Source: Candidatus Oxydemutatoraceae bacterium (GTDB taxonomy: Bacteria; Pseudomonadota; Gammaproteobacteria; Poriferisulfidales; Oxydemutatoraceae). Taken from it: DNA of 64,000 nucleotides. Position 1 is the first letter of the stretch. Each line of letters opens with the position of its first letter. Of the stretch, positions 27,971 to 37,341 are shown piece by piece. The stretch spans positions 1,994,585 to 2,058,584 of the forward strand of contig OZ244779.1 of assembly GCA_965219575.1 (NCBI GenBank), read 5' to 3'. The translations under genes and the position numbers were made by a program. The notes beneath the pieces are model-generated. The model had not been told where the DNA came from. It did not search any database and saw only the letters and a program-made list of their open reading frames with translations.

Positions 27971-28489
27971 ATGCATTGGTTCAACCTTGCCTACAGCCCG
28001 TTTTACGAACTCCAGGTGATTCGTGCCGAGGTACTCATCGTTCTGATAATCTCGGCGTTGATTATGTGGGTGCTGATTATAGAGCGTTATTTATATTTCA
28101 TCTTCGTCAACAAACACACACAGGCGCGATACCTACAAAAATGGCAAACAACGGGTAGCAGGGTCGTCGGCGAACGGTGGCTACTCAAATCGTATTACCT
28201 GTCGGAGTACCGCTCGCAAAGCGAGCGAGGCATCGGGTGGATACGGTTGTTCACCAGAATAAGTCTGCTGCTCGGACTATTGGGTACGGTACTCGGTTTG
28301 ATCTCGGTGTTTGAGATGCAACTGCTCGCTGCGTCCAATTTGAACTTAGAAATATCGGGTAACATCGCATTGGCAATCATCCCGACGACAACGGGGCTTT
28401 TAGTGAGCTTATCGGGGCTGCTCTTTGCAAGCCACCTGAGAAGTCTAGCGGACAATGCTATCTCCCGTCTGGACAGCCTATTTATCTGA
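27971..28489 (+). CDS. exbB: ExbB/TolQ-family proton channel
   Basis: SLLLGLLGTVLGLISVFEM...TTGLLVSLSGLLFAS. Confidence 0.75.
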   Translation: MHWFNLAYSPFYELQVIRAEVLIVLIISALIMWVLIIERYLYFIFVNKHTQARYLQKWQTTGSRVVGERWLLKSYYLSEYRSQSERGIGWIRLFTRISLLLGLLGTVLGLISVFEMQLLAASNLNLEISGNIALAIIPTTTGLLVSLSGLLFASHLRSLADNAISRLDSLFI

Positions 28490-28496
28490 TGCCATG

Positions 28497-28913
28497 ATTA
28501 GGAGTCGCCTGAACAAAGCCTATAGACCCGCGTCCGCCGAGGTTGAGATCAATTTGACGCCGATGTTGGATGTGGTTTTCATACTTTTAATCTTCTTTAT
28601 CATCACCGCCTCGTTCGTTCAGGAAACCGGCATCGAAGTCTCATTGTCGCAAGCAGAATCGGCAGTGCCACAAGAAGATAATCCTATCCGGATAAGCATC
28701 GATCGCTACGGCGAGATTCGGATTAAAGACCAAGCGATGGATATTAGAACATTACAAGGTATGCTACGAAAAATGCACCTTGAAAATCCGCAACGCGCAG
28801 TCGTCATACTTGCCGACAAAGCCTCCGACAATGCGAGTTTGGTTAAAGTACTGGACCGGGTTCATCGTGCCGGAATAGAAAACATTGCCATCGCCGCCGA
28901 GTTGGATGAATAA
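28497..28913 (+). CDS. exbD: ExbD/TolR biopolymer transport protein
   Basis: EINLTPMLDVVFILLIFFII (TM with conserved Asp). Confidence 0.8.
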   Translation: MRSRLNKAYRPASAEVEINLTPMLDVVFILLIFFIITASFVQETGIEVSLSQAESAVPQEDNPIRISIDRYGEIRIKDQAMDIRTLQGMLRKMHLENPQRAVVILADKASDNASLVKVLDRVHRAGIENIAIAAELDE

Positions 28914-29511
28914 AATACTACGCTGGCTTATCGCATTGACGATAGCATCGTTGATTAGCTATGCGCTGTTTGCCGCAGTCGGACAGCTTATAGGAACATT
29001 GCGCTATAACAATCCCTCAAATGATCGCCCTGCCGTATCGATAAATTTCCTGCCTATTTATAAAGATGAACCTAAACAGACCCCTAGTGATTCTCCTTCC
29101 GTGCCGGTGCCGGCGCAAACGCTCAACAATAATACCTATAAAGAACAAAGAGACAAATCGGCACCGATAGACGAAAAGCACAAGACCGAAACACCACCGC
29201 AACCCGAACCGCTATCTATCACTAGACATACTCCTGCAAACCGAGACCTTGGCGCAGTCAGCCTGCAACCGATATTTAGAGTAGAACCGATCTATCCGAT
29301 GTACGCAATCAAGCGAGGTATAGAAGGATGGGTGAGCATAGAGTTTGCGATCACCATGAACGGAAAAGTCGTCAACCCCAAGGTTACCGCATCCGACCCG
29401 CCTCGGATATTTGAAAAAACCGCCCTTAAGGCAATCTCTCAATGGCGTTATCCGCTCGGCAACAAAAGCAAATCAAGCGCACATATTAAGTTTGAACTAC
29501 GCGACCGATAG
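28906..29511 (+). CDS. tonB: TonB energy transducer
   Basis: N-terminal TM, a Pro-rich PPQPEP segment, and the C-terminal fold VEPIYPMYAIKRGIEGWVSIEFAI...NPKV. Confidence 0.75.
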   Translation: MNKILRWLIALTIASLISYALFAAVGQLIGTLRYNNPSNDRPAVSINFLPIYKDEPKQTPSDSPSVPVPAQTLNNNTYKEQRDKSAPIDEKHKTETPPQPEPLSITRHTPANRDLGAVSLQPIFRVEPIYPMYAIKRGIEGWVSIEFAITMNGKVVNPKVTASDPPRIFEKTALKAISQWRYPLGNKSKSSAHIKFELRDR

Positions 29512-29830
29512 AACCGCCGTTTGTTGCAGTAGCACAAATAGCATGACTTTGTGCAGAACCTCAATGTAAATTACGAAATGTAGGGGCGGACTTATCAAAA
29601 TTGCCGATTGACCTACTGGCTCAATCGGCGGCTGTATTCTGCCCGAAACCGTATCATGTTTGCACAATTAACGCGTTTACCATTAATATTATGGAAACCA
29701 TAATTAGGTGGCGCAAGCGGTTGCGGTCATGCAAAATGGTATTTTTTTCAATAGTCCCACGATGCAACCACCCCATGGAGAGGCTTTACATTTTGTAATA
29801 TCTACTAAGATTTTGCACAATGTCCCGCCG
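29512..29830. repeat. Mosaic palindromic-unit array
   Basis: Hairpin GCCGTTTGT-TGCAGTAGC-ACAAATAGC at 29516-29542; GGGCGGAC; GCCGATTGACCTACTGGCTCAATCGGC. Confidence 0.8.
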
Positions 29831-29999
29831 ATTGAACCAGTAGGTCAATCAAGGGCTTCTGCAAGTTCATCCATATTTTTGATACTGTTCGTCGGAAACG
29901 CGAAAAAGCACCCTCTAGCCGAATTTATAATCCGATTACGATTAGACGGCTTGCTATAACGCAGGCTCTTTCTTATAATTCAACTTAAAGAGGTTAAAA

Positions 30000-30671
30000 A
30001 TGGAAAATATAGAGAATGTAGATAACTTAACGATTGAAACTATTTACAAAATGGTGCTCGAAATGAAGTCAAAGCTGGACTTTCTAGAATCGGAAACACA
30101 TCCCCCACAATCGGACAAGGCAGGTTTGTACATGGAAAGTATAGACCTAAGACTAAACAATGTTGATACCGATATAGGAAGCATGAACCTAAGACTAAGC
30201 AATGTTGAAACTGATATCGTAGACATGAAAACCGAGATGGCAGACATGAAAGCCGATATAAAAAATATAGAGCTGAGACTAAACAATATTGATTCCGAAA
30301 TTGTAAATATCAAAGCCGATATAAAAGGTATAGAACTGAGACTAAGTAGCCTTGAAACCGGGCAGGTAAAAATGCAAGCCGACATAGAAAATATAGAACT
30401 GAGACTAAACAATGTCGAAGTTGAGATGGCGGCTATGAAAACCGATATTGTGAATATAAAAACCGATATTGTAGAAATGAAAAGGGACATTGCGACCATT
30501 GCAAGAGAACAATCTAAATTGAGAGATGACATCTTAAGAGAACAATCTAAATTGAGAGATGACATTTATAAATTGAGAGATAACATTTATAAGTGGGGTG
30601 TTGGGCTCGCTATCGGCATTTTTGTTTCGGTATGTTCTATTCTCAGTGTGGTCGTGCTCTTTGTGAACTAA
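30000..30671 (+). CDS. Coiled-coil repeat protein with a C-terminal TM anchor (DUF1640-like)
   Basis: Eleven-residue-type repeats IELRLNN(V/I)D.EIVNIKADI and a C-terminal TM WGVGLAIGIFVSVCSILSVVVLFV. Confidence 0.5.
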   Translation: MENIENVDNLTIETIYKMVLEMKSKLDFLESETHPPQSDKAGLYMESIDLRLNNVDTDIGSMNLRLSNVETDIVDMKTEMADMKADIKNIELRLNNIDSEIVNIKADIKGIELRLSSLETGQVKMQADIENIELRLNNVEVEMAAMKTDIVNIKTDIVEMKRDIATIAREQSKLRDDILREQSKLRDDIYKLRDNIYKWGVGLAIGIFVSVCSILSVVVLFVN

Positions 30672-31000
30672 TGCCAAGAGCACGGGCTATTGCGGCTGAC
30701 ACCCCTCCAGAGGAGGGGAATTAACTTGTGCAGATACTTTTGGGACCGTTGAAAAAGTATTGGCACTGCATAAATCCAACTGCTTGCGCCGTATGGTTTT
30801 GGTTTCCATAAATCGGATAGATGAATGTATAAATCGTGCCGACAAACGCGTTACGGGCAGAATAGAGCCGCCGATTGAGCCAGTAGTTCAATCGGCAATT
30901 TTGATGTCCGCCCCTACGGCGGTTTACAAATATTCACGGCGCAAGCGGTTACGGTTGCACGCTGGCGATACTTTTTCAACAGCCCCACGAGGCAACCACA
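30672..31000. repeat. Mosaic palindromic-unit array
   Basis: CCCCTCC..GGAGGGG, GGGCAGAA, GCCGATTGAGCC..CAATCGGC modules. Confidence 0.8.
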
Positions 31001-31026
31001 ATGAATTATGTGGACGCAGTGGCTGG

Positions 31027-31602
31027 CTAACGGCTTGCTCTCGCAATCGCTTCAAAATCTACGCCTTTATACATAAAGCTCTGTTTTTCAAACAGCTTCT
31101 CTCCGTATTGGGTAACCCAGTCTTTGTGGAAGCTCAAGGTATATTCCGGAGGCGGCATCACATTGAAAATCACATCGTATTTGTCGGTAATCTCGCCGGG
31201 TAATGCCATATTACGCGCATAGTGCAGATTATCAATCAAGTTGATATGCGGTACCAGATCCACATTCGCTATTGCACCGGTCCTCGGATTGATGACTTGC
31301 GCAGTAATAACTAAATACCCGACAAAGCCGCCCGCCGGGGTGCCCTCGGGAGTAGAATCTTCGTCGTCTGCCCAGTTAACTCGTGCCTCTATATGCACAT
31401 GCGTTTTACTTTCTTCCAGATGATAGTTTGCCGGTGTGATTGTATCCTTGACGGCACCTTCAAAGATGAATTGTATACCCGGCTCTATCATCTCTTCGCC
31501 GATGACCAATTCAAGCGCATGCGATTGGGTCATAAACAATACCGAAAGACACAATATAACGCCTCGGTAGAATTTAGTCATCGTTCCAGTTAAAGTTTTC
31601 AT
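31027..31602 (-). CDS. P19/FetP/Tp34-family periplasmic metal-binding (iron uptake) protein
   Basis: Signal peptide. THVHIEARVNW...GGFVGYLVITAQVINPRTGAIANVDLVPHINLIDNLHYARNMAL aligns with the Campylobacter P19 core as recalled from memory (IHLEADIHA...GFWMPYLTIAYEL..TGAIKRGTLMPM..GPHYGANIAM). Confidence 0.6.
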   Translation of the reverse strand: MKTLTGTMTKFYRGVILCLSVLFMTQSHALELVIGEEMIEPGIQFIFEGAVKDTITPANYHLEESKTHVHIEARVNWADDEDSTPEGTPAGGFVGYLVITAQVINPRTGAIANVDLVPHINLIDNLHYARNMALPGEITDKYDVIFNVMPPPEYTLSFHKDWVTQYGEKLFEKQSFMYKGVDFEAIARASR

Positions 31603-31644
31603 TTACTTATCTCCTCTATGTTGGTTTAATGATCCATGCTAATT

Positions 31645-32370
31645 TTATACCCTTTTAAGCCAAAGAAAGACGCCTGTAGCAGAAAGGAACAATAAAAGTA
31701 ACGCTGCGAAATCGGCAATAATAACACCTACGGTACCGAATAGACGACCGCTGTGGAAATCCAGCAATGTGCGTTCCCAGCTTATCAAATGATTATTGGC
31801 GTGCGTAATAATGGTTTCTTTCAAATACATCGGCACTTCCGTGCCGTCGACGGGTGCCGACCATGTTATCTGCTCTCCACTATAAACCTGCCAATCTTGC
31901 AGATATTTATCCACCTGCCAGTTGTTGCGTAGACCGCCGATGATAATAGCACCTTCTCGGTTGTATCCTATCCTACGCATCACGGAGGGCAATCCGTTTA
32001 GAACGGAAAGCCTGTCTACTATCTCGCCGCGTTGCGATAACAACCATAGTTTGTTATCTCCCACAATCCAAACATAGGTTTCACCCTCGACAACACCTTG
32101 TAAATTATTTAGTTCAATGTCGGAGACGGGGAGTCCGTCCATATAGAGGAAAGAGCCTGCTTGCGAAACCCAGCGCTTATCGGTTTTATAATTTACCGTA
32201 TCTTGGCCTTGGATCTTTGCACCGTATAAATAACCGGACAGCGAAGACGAAATATAACGCTGATCTAAATCAAACCACTCGGTATGTTGTATTGCCAATC
32301 CAGTCATCACGAAAATGAATAAAAATATGAAGCTCCCGATGCCTATGCTACGATGTAATTTGCGGTACAT
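31645..32370 (-). CDS. PepSY-associated TM (PiuB-like) membrane protein
   Basis: N-terminal LHRSIGIGSFIFLFIFVMTGLAIQH and C-terminal TVGVIIADFAALLLLFLSATGVFLWL helices typical of PepSY_TM proteins. Confidence 0.6.
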   Translation of the reverse strand: MYRKLHRSIGIGSFIFLFIFVMTGLAIQHTEWFDLDQRYISSSLSGYLYGAKIQGQDTVNYKTDKRWVSQAGSFLYMDGLPVSDIELNNLQGVVEGETYVWIVGDNKLWLLSQRGEIVDRLSVLNGLPSVMRRIGYNREGAIIIGGLRNNWQVDKYLQDWQVYSGEQITWSAPVDGTEVPMYLKETIITHANNHLISWERTLLDFHSGRLFGTVGVIIADFAALLLLFLSATGVFLWLKRV

Positions 32371-32393
32371 AATCGGCTATCATATTACACGGG

Positions 32394-32924
32394 TTATGGT
32401 ACGACCGATTTGTGTAGCATCAGAGCAAGCCTTGCCAGTTTGGTGACCGCACGCACCGACAAAGTGGCACCCGAGATATTGTCTATATTGCGATCGAGTT
32501 TCAAACTGCCGGTTAACTTTGCATCGGTAAATTGATCGGCAAACGAATCATAACGCACTTCCCAGCCACGACTCTCACGAAAAATTAATACTTTGACCTC
32601 TTTGATACGATCTGCATCGATAGAAAAACCACTGGTGATCGGCCGCTCTTTGCCGATCTCTTCCAATATCCAAACACTGCGATTATCTTTAAGCCAATAA
32701 CGGATCCTAAATTTACTATATTTATGACCGAGTATGTTTTTGATGGAGTCTTTAATGGGTTGGTCGGGATAAAGCATAGAAGGCTCGGGAGGATTATCGT
32801 CGAAGTGGCGAGACACAAATGCATCCGGTGCCTCGTAAATACTCTCTATTGCCAAAAGCGGCGCGCGAGGTTGAACGAGTAATAACGCCGCACACAAATA
32901 GAAAGCCCACTTCGATCGGTTCAT
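32394..32924 (-). CDS. FMN-binding domain protein (extracytosolic; predicted ApbE flavinylation substrate)
   Basis: Signal peptide and DNISGATLSVRAV (FMN_bind [S/T]GAT flavinylation motif). Confidence 0.65.
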   Translation of the reverse strand: MNRSKWAFYLCAALLLVQPRAPLLAIESIYEAPDAFVSRHFDDNPPEPSMLYPDQPIKDSIKNILGHKYSKFRIRYWLKDNRSVWILEEIGKERPITSGFSIDADRIKEVKVLIFRESRGWEVRYDSFADQFTDAKLTGSLKLDRNIDNISGATLSVRAVTKLARLALMLHKSVVP

Positions 32925-32943
32925 CTCCCAAGCCTCCGTAAAA

Positions 32944-33279
32944 TCAAATTCGCGTCTTAGCTCTTAAAATACCGAGGGTCTCGGAAACTTCGCGCCGACC
33001 CTGCATCGTGTTACAATGACCGCTGCGGCGAGCGAGAAACTCGGTTTGTTGCCGAGACCCATACGAGTAAACCGTCTCATTATCGCCGGTATCAAAGGTT
33101 TTGAAGGCAAGTCGCTCCAAATGACTCGATACAAAAGACATAAAAGTATCTATCGTTTTCCGTGTCAAAGTAGCACACTTAACGTGGAGGATTGAAATAC
33201 AACTACTGTTGAACACCGGAAAACTCATTGAAGTCGACTCGCCCGCAAAACCCGAAGAGAAGTTATAGTTGAACGCCAT
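32944..33279 (-). CDS. Hypothetical protein
   Basis: ORF only. Lies between the FMN-binding gene and the porin gene; no recognisable motif. Confidence 0.3.
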   Translation of the reverse strand: MAFNYNFSSGFAGESTSMSFPVFNSSCISILHVKCATLTRKTIDTFMSFVSSHLERLAFKTFDTGDNETVYSYGSRQQTEFLARRSGHCNTMQGRREVSETLGILRAKTRI

Positions 33280-33288
33280 TTCCCTGTA

Positions 33289-34662
33289 TCAGAACTCATA
33301 ACCGACACCTAAGTTGAAACCGTCGAAATCTTTGTTGCGATCATCTGCATTGTCGTGTTCACGATCTACGAGGTCCATTTTTAGAACCGCACTCTCGTTT
33401 AAGTAATAATTGAAACCCACGCTATATTGGTCAAATTCATCTTGCGAACGTCCACCCTCAACATCTTCGTAGCGCGCAAAGATGCCAAAATTGGGAGTCA
33501 ACTCAAAAGAAGGTTCTACATACCAACCCTGTTGCCGGTCATAGTCGGCAACTTTTATCGGGTTGGGAATCATGGTCCCGGAATTAATAGGATCGTCTAT
33601 TTGGGAGTCCACATCTACATCCCAGGCGGCGTATAAAGCCCTAAGACCGAATGGTCCTCGACCGTAGACAATATGTGCCTCATAAAGTATGGCATCGTCT
33701 ACGGTGTCACGACCGATAGCACCAGTACTCCCTTGGGTGATATCCGATTGATACTGCACACTTGCTGCCAGCTCGAGACCCGGCATCCCGGTGTATTTGA
33801 TACGACCGGTAAACGCAAGGTCGTTGGCAGTGGCATTGGCAGTTTTTTGCCTTCCCGAGCGAAAACGTAATTGAGGACTAGGTACAATCTCAGTATTCGG
33901 TAGAATTGTAACACTACCATCAGGATTGTTAATAATTCTAGAGGTATCTCTGTCATCGTTATCTTCAATAACCCTTGTGTTATAAGCTCTGGCAGGAACT
34001 TCTAATCCTTCGTGCAACGCAAGATCGATGGTGAATCCGTTGTCCATGCGGTGTGTGAAACCGACACCGCCTGCCCACCAGGTCGTCGGAACGATAATGT
34101 TTTCAACGGTATTGCGTTCAACACCGTAAAAAGTCGGGGGTTCATGGGTTTCATTTAGAATACCGACCGGCAACAGAAAAACACCTGCACGAGCGGTATT
34201 GCGTTCATCGAAATCATATTCTATAAAAGCTTGCTCCAGTTCGACTTCTCCCGGTTGACCTTCTCCGGCGAGTGCATGTTCTATCTCAACTTCGGAAAAA
34301 AACCTCAACCTGTCGGTGAACTCATGACCGAAGAATAGCACGAAACGATGAAAGTCTAATTGCCTAAAATTATCACCTTCGTCGCGGCTCCAGTTATTAT
34401 AGTGCAGTTCGCCGTAACCTCCCAGTGAGGTTCTGTCCCAGAAAGAAGATTGAGCACCACTGTACGATTCAACTGCTTCCGCAGTCACTTCAACCGCCTG
34501 TTTATTCTCTTCGACATCTTGATCAATTGCTTCTAATTTCTGTTGCATCGATTCTAATTGTGCTTGCAACGCTTCCATCTGTTGTTTCAGTATACTAAGC
34601 TCATCCGTTTGAGCAGTAACTTGGCAGGGTGCAATCATTAACAATAAAAACAGACTGCTCAT
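33289..34662 (-). CDS. Outer-membrane beta-barrel porin with an N-terminal coiled-coil (DcaP-like)
   Basis: Signal peptide MSSLFLLLMIAPCQVTA. Coiled coil LSILKQQMEALQAQLESMQQKLEAI. Alternating amphipathic strands ending ...FNLGVGYEF. Confidence 0.55.
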   Translation of the reverse strand: MSSLFLLLMIAPCQVTAQTDELSILKQQMEALQAQLESMQQKLEAIDQDVEENKQAVEVTAEAVESYSGAQSSFWDRTSLGGYGELHYNNWSRDEGDNFRQLDFHRFVLFFGHEFTDRLRFFSEVEIEHALAGEGQPGEVELEQAFIEYDFDERNTARAGVFLLPVGILNETHEPPTFYGVERNTVENIIVPTTWWAGGVGFTHRMDNGFTIDLALHEGLEVPARAYNTRVIEDNDDRDTSRIINNPDGSVTILPNTEIVPSPQLRFRSGRQKTANATANDLAFTGRIKYTGMPGLELAASVQYQSDITQGSTGAIGRDTVDDAILYEAHIVYGRGPFGLRALYAAWDVDVDSQIDDPINSGTMIPNPIKVADYDRQQGWYVEPSFELTPNFGIFARYEDVEGGRSQDEFDQYSVGFNYYLNESAVLKMDLVDREHDNADDRNKDFDGFNLGVGYEF

Positions 34663-34867
34663 AAAGCAATAAATTTTTGTTCGCTTTTCATTAAATAGCT
34701 TTTCATAAATATAGACTCCTTTTCTAAATCTAAACAATAATAATAATAATTCTAATTAAAGTTATAAGTAGTGTTATTATTATGGTTATTATTTAGATGT
34801 CAATACCTTTATGAAAATATTTTTTTATAGATATTCAAAGGAGTTTTGGGGGCTTATTTCAAGGATG

Positions 34868-34950
34868 TGACGTTGCCCCATTTTTAGGACCACTTGCAAT
34901 GTCAGTTTTCATGCTGTTGTTTGCGCAAATACACTGGGGGGTTTATTTAA
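34868..34950. mobile_element. Solo terminal fragment (about 85 bp) of the IS3-family element found intact at 55178-56391
   Basis: TGACGTTGCCCCATTTTTAGGACCACTTGCAATGTCAGTTTTCATGCT...AATACACTGGGGGG is about 80 percent identical to the left end 55178-55262. Confidence 0.6.
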
Positions 34951-35008
34951 GGTTACGATTTCTCAGTTATAATGGCTATAATAGCAAATCTTATAAATAT
35001 AGGAGTAA

Positions 35009-35281
35009 ATGAAGATGTCAGAAATCGCACTATACAACGCATTGACTAAATTAGGACTAAAGCACGACGAAGCAAAGGAGGCTGTTGCCGATGTTGCTAG
35101 TTCAAAGGATGTGGCAACTAAGGCAGATTTAGCAAAGTTAGAAACAAGGCTAATAGAAAGAATGGCAGAACAAGAAACAAAGCTAACGCGGCAAATGTAT
35201 GCTATGGCAGGGGTAATCATTGGAGCGATTGGGGCAATAATAGCCGTCGCTGGATTGATGATAAGGGTTTTTATGATGTGA
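35009..35281 (+). CDS. Small coiled-coil protein with a C-terminal TM (DUF1640/XhlA-like). Another copy starts right at the window end
   Basis: KADLAKLETRLIERMAEQETKLTRQMYAMAGVIIGAIGAIIAVAGLMI. The upstream promoter/RBS ATTTCTCAGTTATAAT.GCTATA....CTTATAAATATAGGAGTA is repeated at 63941-64000. Confidence 0.55.
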   Translation: MKMSEIALYNALTKLGLKHDEAKEAVADVASSKDVATKADLAKLETRLIERMAEQETKLTRQMYAMAGVIIGAIGAIIAVAGLMIRVFMM

Positions 35282-35766
35282 AGCACATATGGGGCTATTG
35301 AAAAAGTATTGGTAGCGCAAAAATCCACCCGCTTGCGCCATGAATTTATAATAACCACCAAGCCGTAGGGACAGACCTGTGTGTCTGCCCTAAAGTACCG
35401 TTCTGCACGGCTGGAACCGCTTGCGCCGTATGGTTTTGGTTTCCATAAATCGGGTGGATGAATGTATCAATCGTGCCGACCAACGCGCTACGGGCGGACA
35501 TGCTAGTCCGCCCCTACAACTTTATGAAATACTTTTTCAACAGCCCCACGACACAACCACCCCGTCAGGCTGAATAGAACCGCCGATTGAACCAGCAGGT
35601 CAATCGGCGTGACTTTGTTCAGAACCTCAACATGACTGCTAAACGCATGCATTGCAAAATGCATAGGCCACCCCTCCATAGGAGGGGAATGTACTAGTAC
35701 TACACTTGTGCAAATTTTCCACGACCACCCGTCGGGCTATGCCTACCGCCCCTACAAGGAGGGGAA
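35282..35766. repeat. Mosaic palindromic-unit array
   Basis: Shared modules (GGGACAGAC..GTCTGCCC, GGGCGGAC..GTCCGCCC, CCCCTCC..GGAGGGG twice). Confidence 0.8.
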
Positions 35767-37341
35767 TTAGCTGTCAAAAATTATTCTAAAGCCTAAATAC
35801 GGTGCCTTGAACGAAGCAGGAAGAGGATTTTCAAAATCAATGCGGGCGGTTGCTTCTCCCGGCAGTATGTAATTGCCGCCTTTGGCAATAATCGCAAAAC
35901 CCTGTCCGGCAGTGCTTAGGCTTTGCGTCCATTCCGAAACATTGCCGCCCATATTGATGACACCGGCAGCATTGATATCGCCGTTCTGCTCCAAAGCGGA
36001 GAGCGGTTTCATCAGTTGTCTCTCGGCGGTAGCCACATAGTCGGGATTGAAGGTGTTGCCCCAAGGATAAGAATAGTTACCCATCGAAGAAGCAGCAATC
36101 CATTCGAAACTATTCGGCAATCGTCCGCCGGCCCAATTCGCAAATGCATAAGCCGACCACCAATCTATATCGGTTGCCGGCAAGTCGTCGTTTTGATAAT
36201 CGTCCAACCACGGCGGACTATAATCGTGATCTTCGGGTTCCTTCTCGTTTGCGTAAAGCCCGAAGCGCACTAAAGGGTCGTTGACGAAGCGTCTGTATTG
36301 CGCTCGGGTCACCTCGTGGCGCAATATCCGAAAATCGTTATGGCGATGTTTTTTATCAACCAGTTTTTCGACGATATCGAGTTGTTTGCGGGATAACCCC
36401 GACCCCAATAGTCCCGGTATCTTAGCGTCGTCGGGGAGACCGATACGATACTGCCCTGCATCTACACGTACCGTTTGCGGATGTTTTTCGGTCCACGGTA
36501 TTTTCTTCGGTTGCTCGTCGTAGACACATCTGAAACTCACATAAGGAGAACGATAGTTCGCTTCTACGGTACGATAAAAATTGTTCAAGCCATAAATCTC
36601 GTAGGGTTTGTTATATGCGTTGCCACCGTGTATACTCGGTTTCGCTTCTGCGTCGATACCTTGCGCCCATTCGGATGCAACATTGCCCAGATTGTGTATA
36701 CCCTGCGGTGTATCCATCTCCTTATGCAAACCGCAGCGTTGTGCGGCATTGAGCCTAGGATCCAAATAAGGCCAGCCCTCGGAGTTGAAGTCGTTACCCC
36801 ACGGATAAAGCCGACCTTCGGAACCGCTTGCAATCGCAATCCACTCCGTACGCGTCGGCAGTCGCCCACCGCCCGCTTGACAATAAGCATACGCGTCGTA
36901 ATAGCTAACTCCGTTTGCAGGCGCATCCAAACGACCGCTAATTTTGTGGTCTCGGCTTATGCTTCTATAAGACCAATTTTCAGGTTGTTCGGGATGTGCT
37001 ATATCGGTCGGTTTATAAAGTGCATACCACTTTTCAAAAGTGTAGAAATCTTTTTGCCGCACTTCGCATCGATCGACCCATAAAGGAGGCAATTGCACAC
37101 TGCGCTCGGACTCCTTTAATATCGGATCAAAAGAGCGTATGCGCCCGAAGGCATATAGATAATCGCTCAAAATTGCATCGAGTTGCTCACCACGTGCCTC
37201 AATGGTTTGATCTTGGGATATATCAACCTGCACCGTATCAAATTGATAAAAAGCGGTACGCAGTTCATATAAACTGAATACCGACAGTGCAATGATTATT
37301 GCTGCTACGAATAGACTCCCTAGTAGAGGGGTTAGCTTCAT
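35767..37341 (-). CDS. Tandem FGE-sulfatase/SUMF1-domain protein (formylglycine-generating-enzyme family; GldJ-like), N-terminal TM/signal
   Basis: Two FGE-type modules: YDAYAYCQAGGGRLPTRTEWIAIASGSEGRLYPWGN and WSAYAFANWAGGRLPNSFEWIAASSMGNYSYPWGN, ending APYLGFRIIFDS. Confidence 0.7.
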   Translation of the reverse strand: MKLTPLLGSLFVAAIIIALSVFSLYELRTAFYQFDTVQVDISQDQTIEARGEQLDAILSDYLYAFGRIRSFDPILKESERSVQLPPLWVDRCEVRQKDFYTFEKWYALYKPTDIAHPEQPENWSYRSISRDHKISGRLDAPANGVSYYDAYAYCQAGGGRLPTRTEWIAIASGSEGRLYPWGNDFNSEGWPYLDPRLNAAQRCGLHKEMDTPQGIHNLGNVASEWAQGIDAEAKPSIHGGNAYNKPYEIYGLNNFYRTVEANYRSPYVSFRCVYDEQPKKIPWTEKHPQTVRVDAGQYRIGLPDDAKIPGLLGSGLSRKQLDIVEKLVDKKHRHNDFRILRHEVTRAQYRRFVNDPLVRFGLYANEKEPEDHDYSPPWLDDYQNDDLPATDIDWWSAYAFANWAGGRLPNSFEWIAASSMGNYSYPWGNTFNPDYVATAERQLMKPLSALEQNGDINAAGVINMGGNVSEWTQSLSTAGQGFAIIAKGGNYILPGEATARIDFENPLPASFKAPYLGFRIIFDS

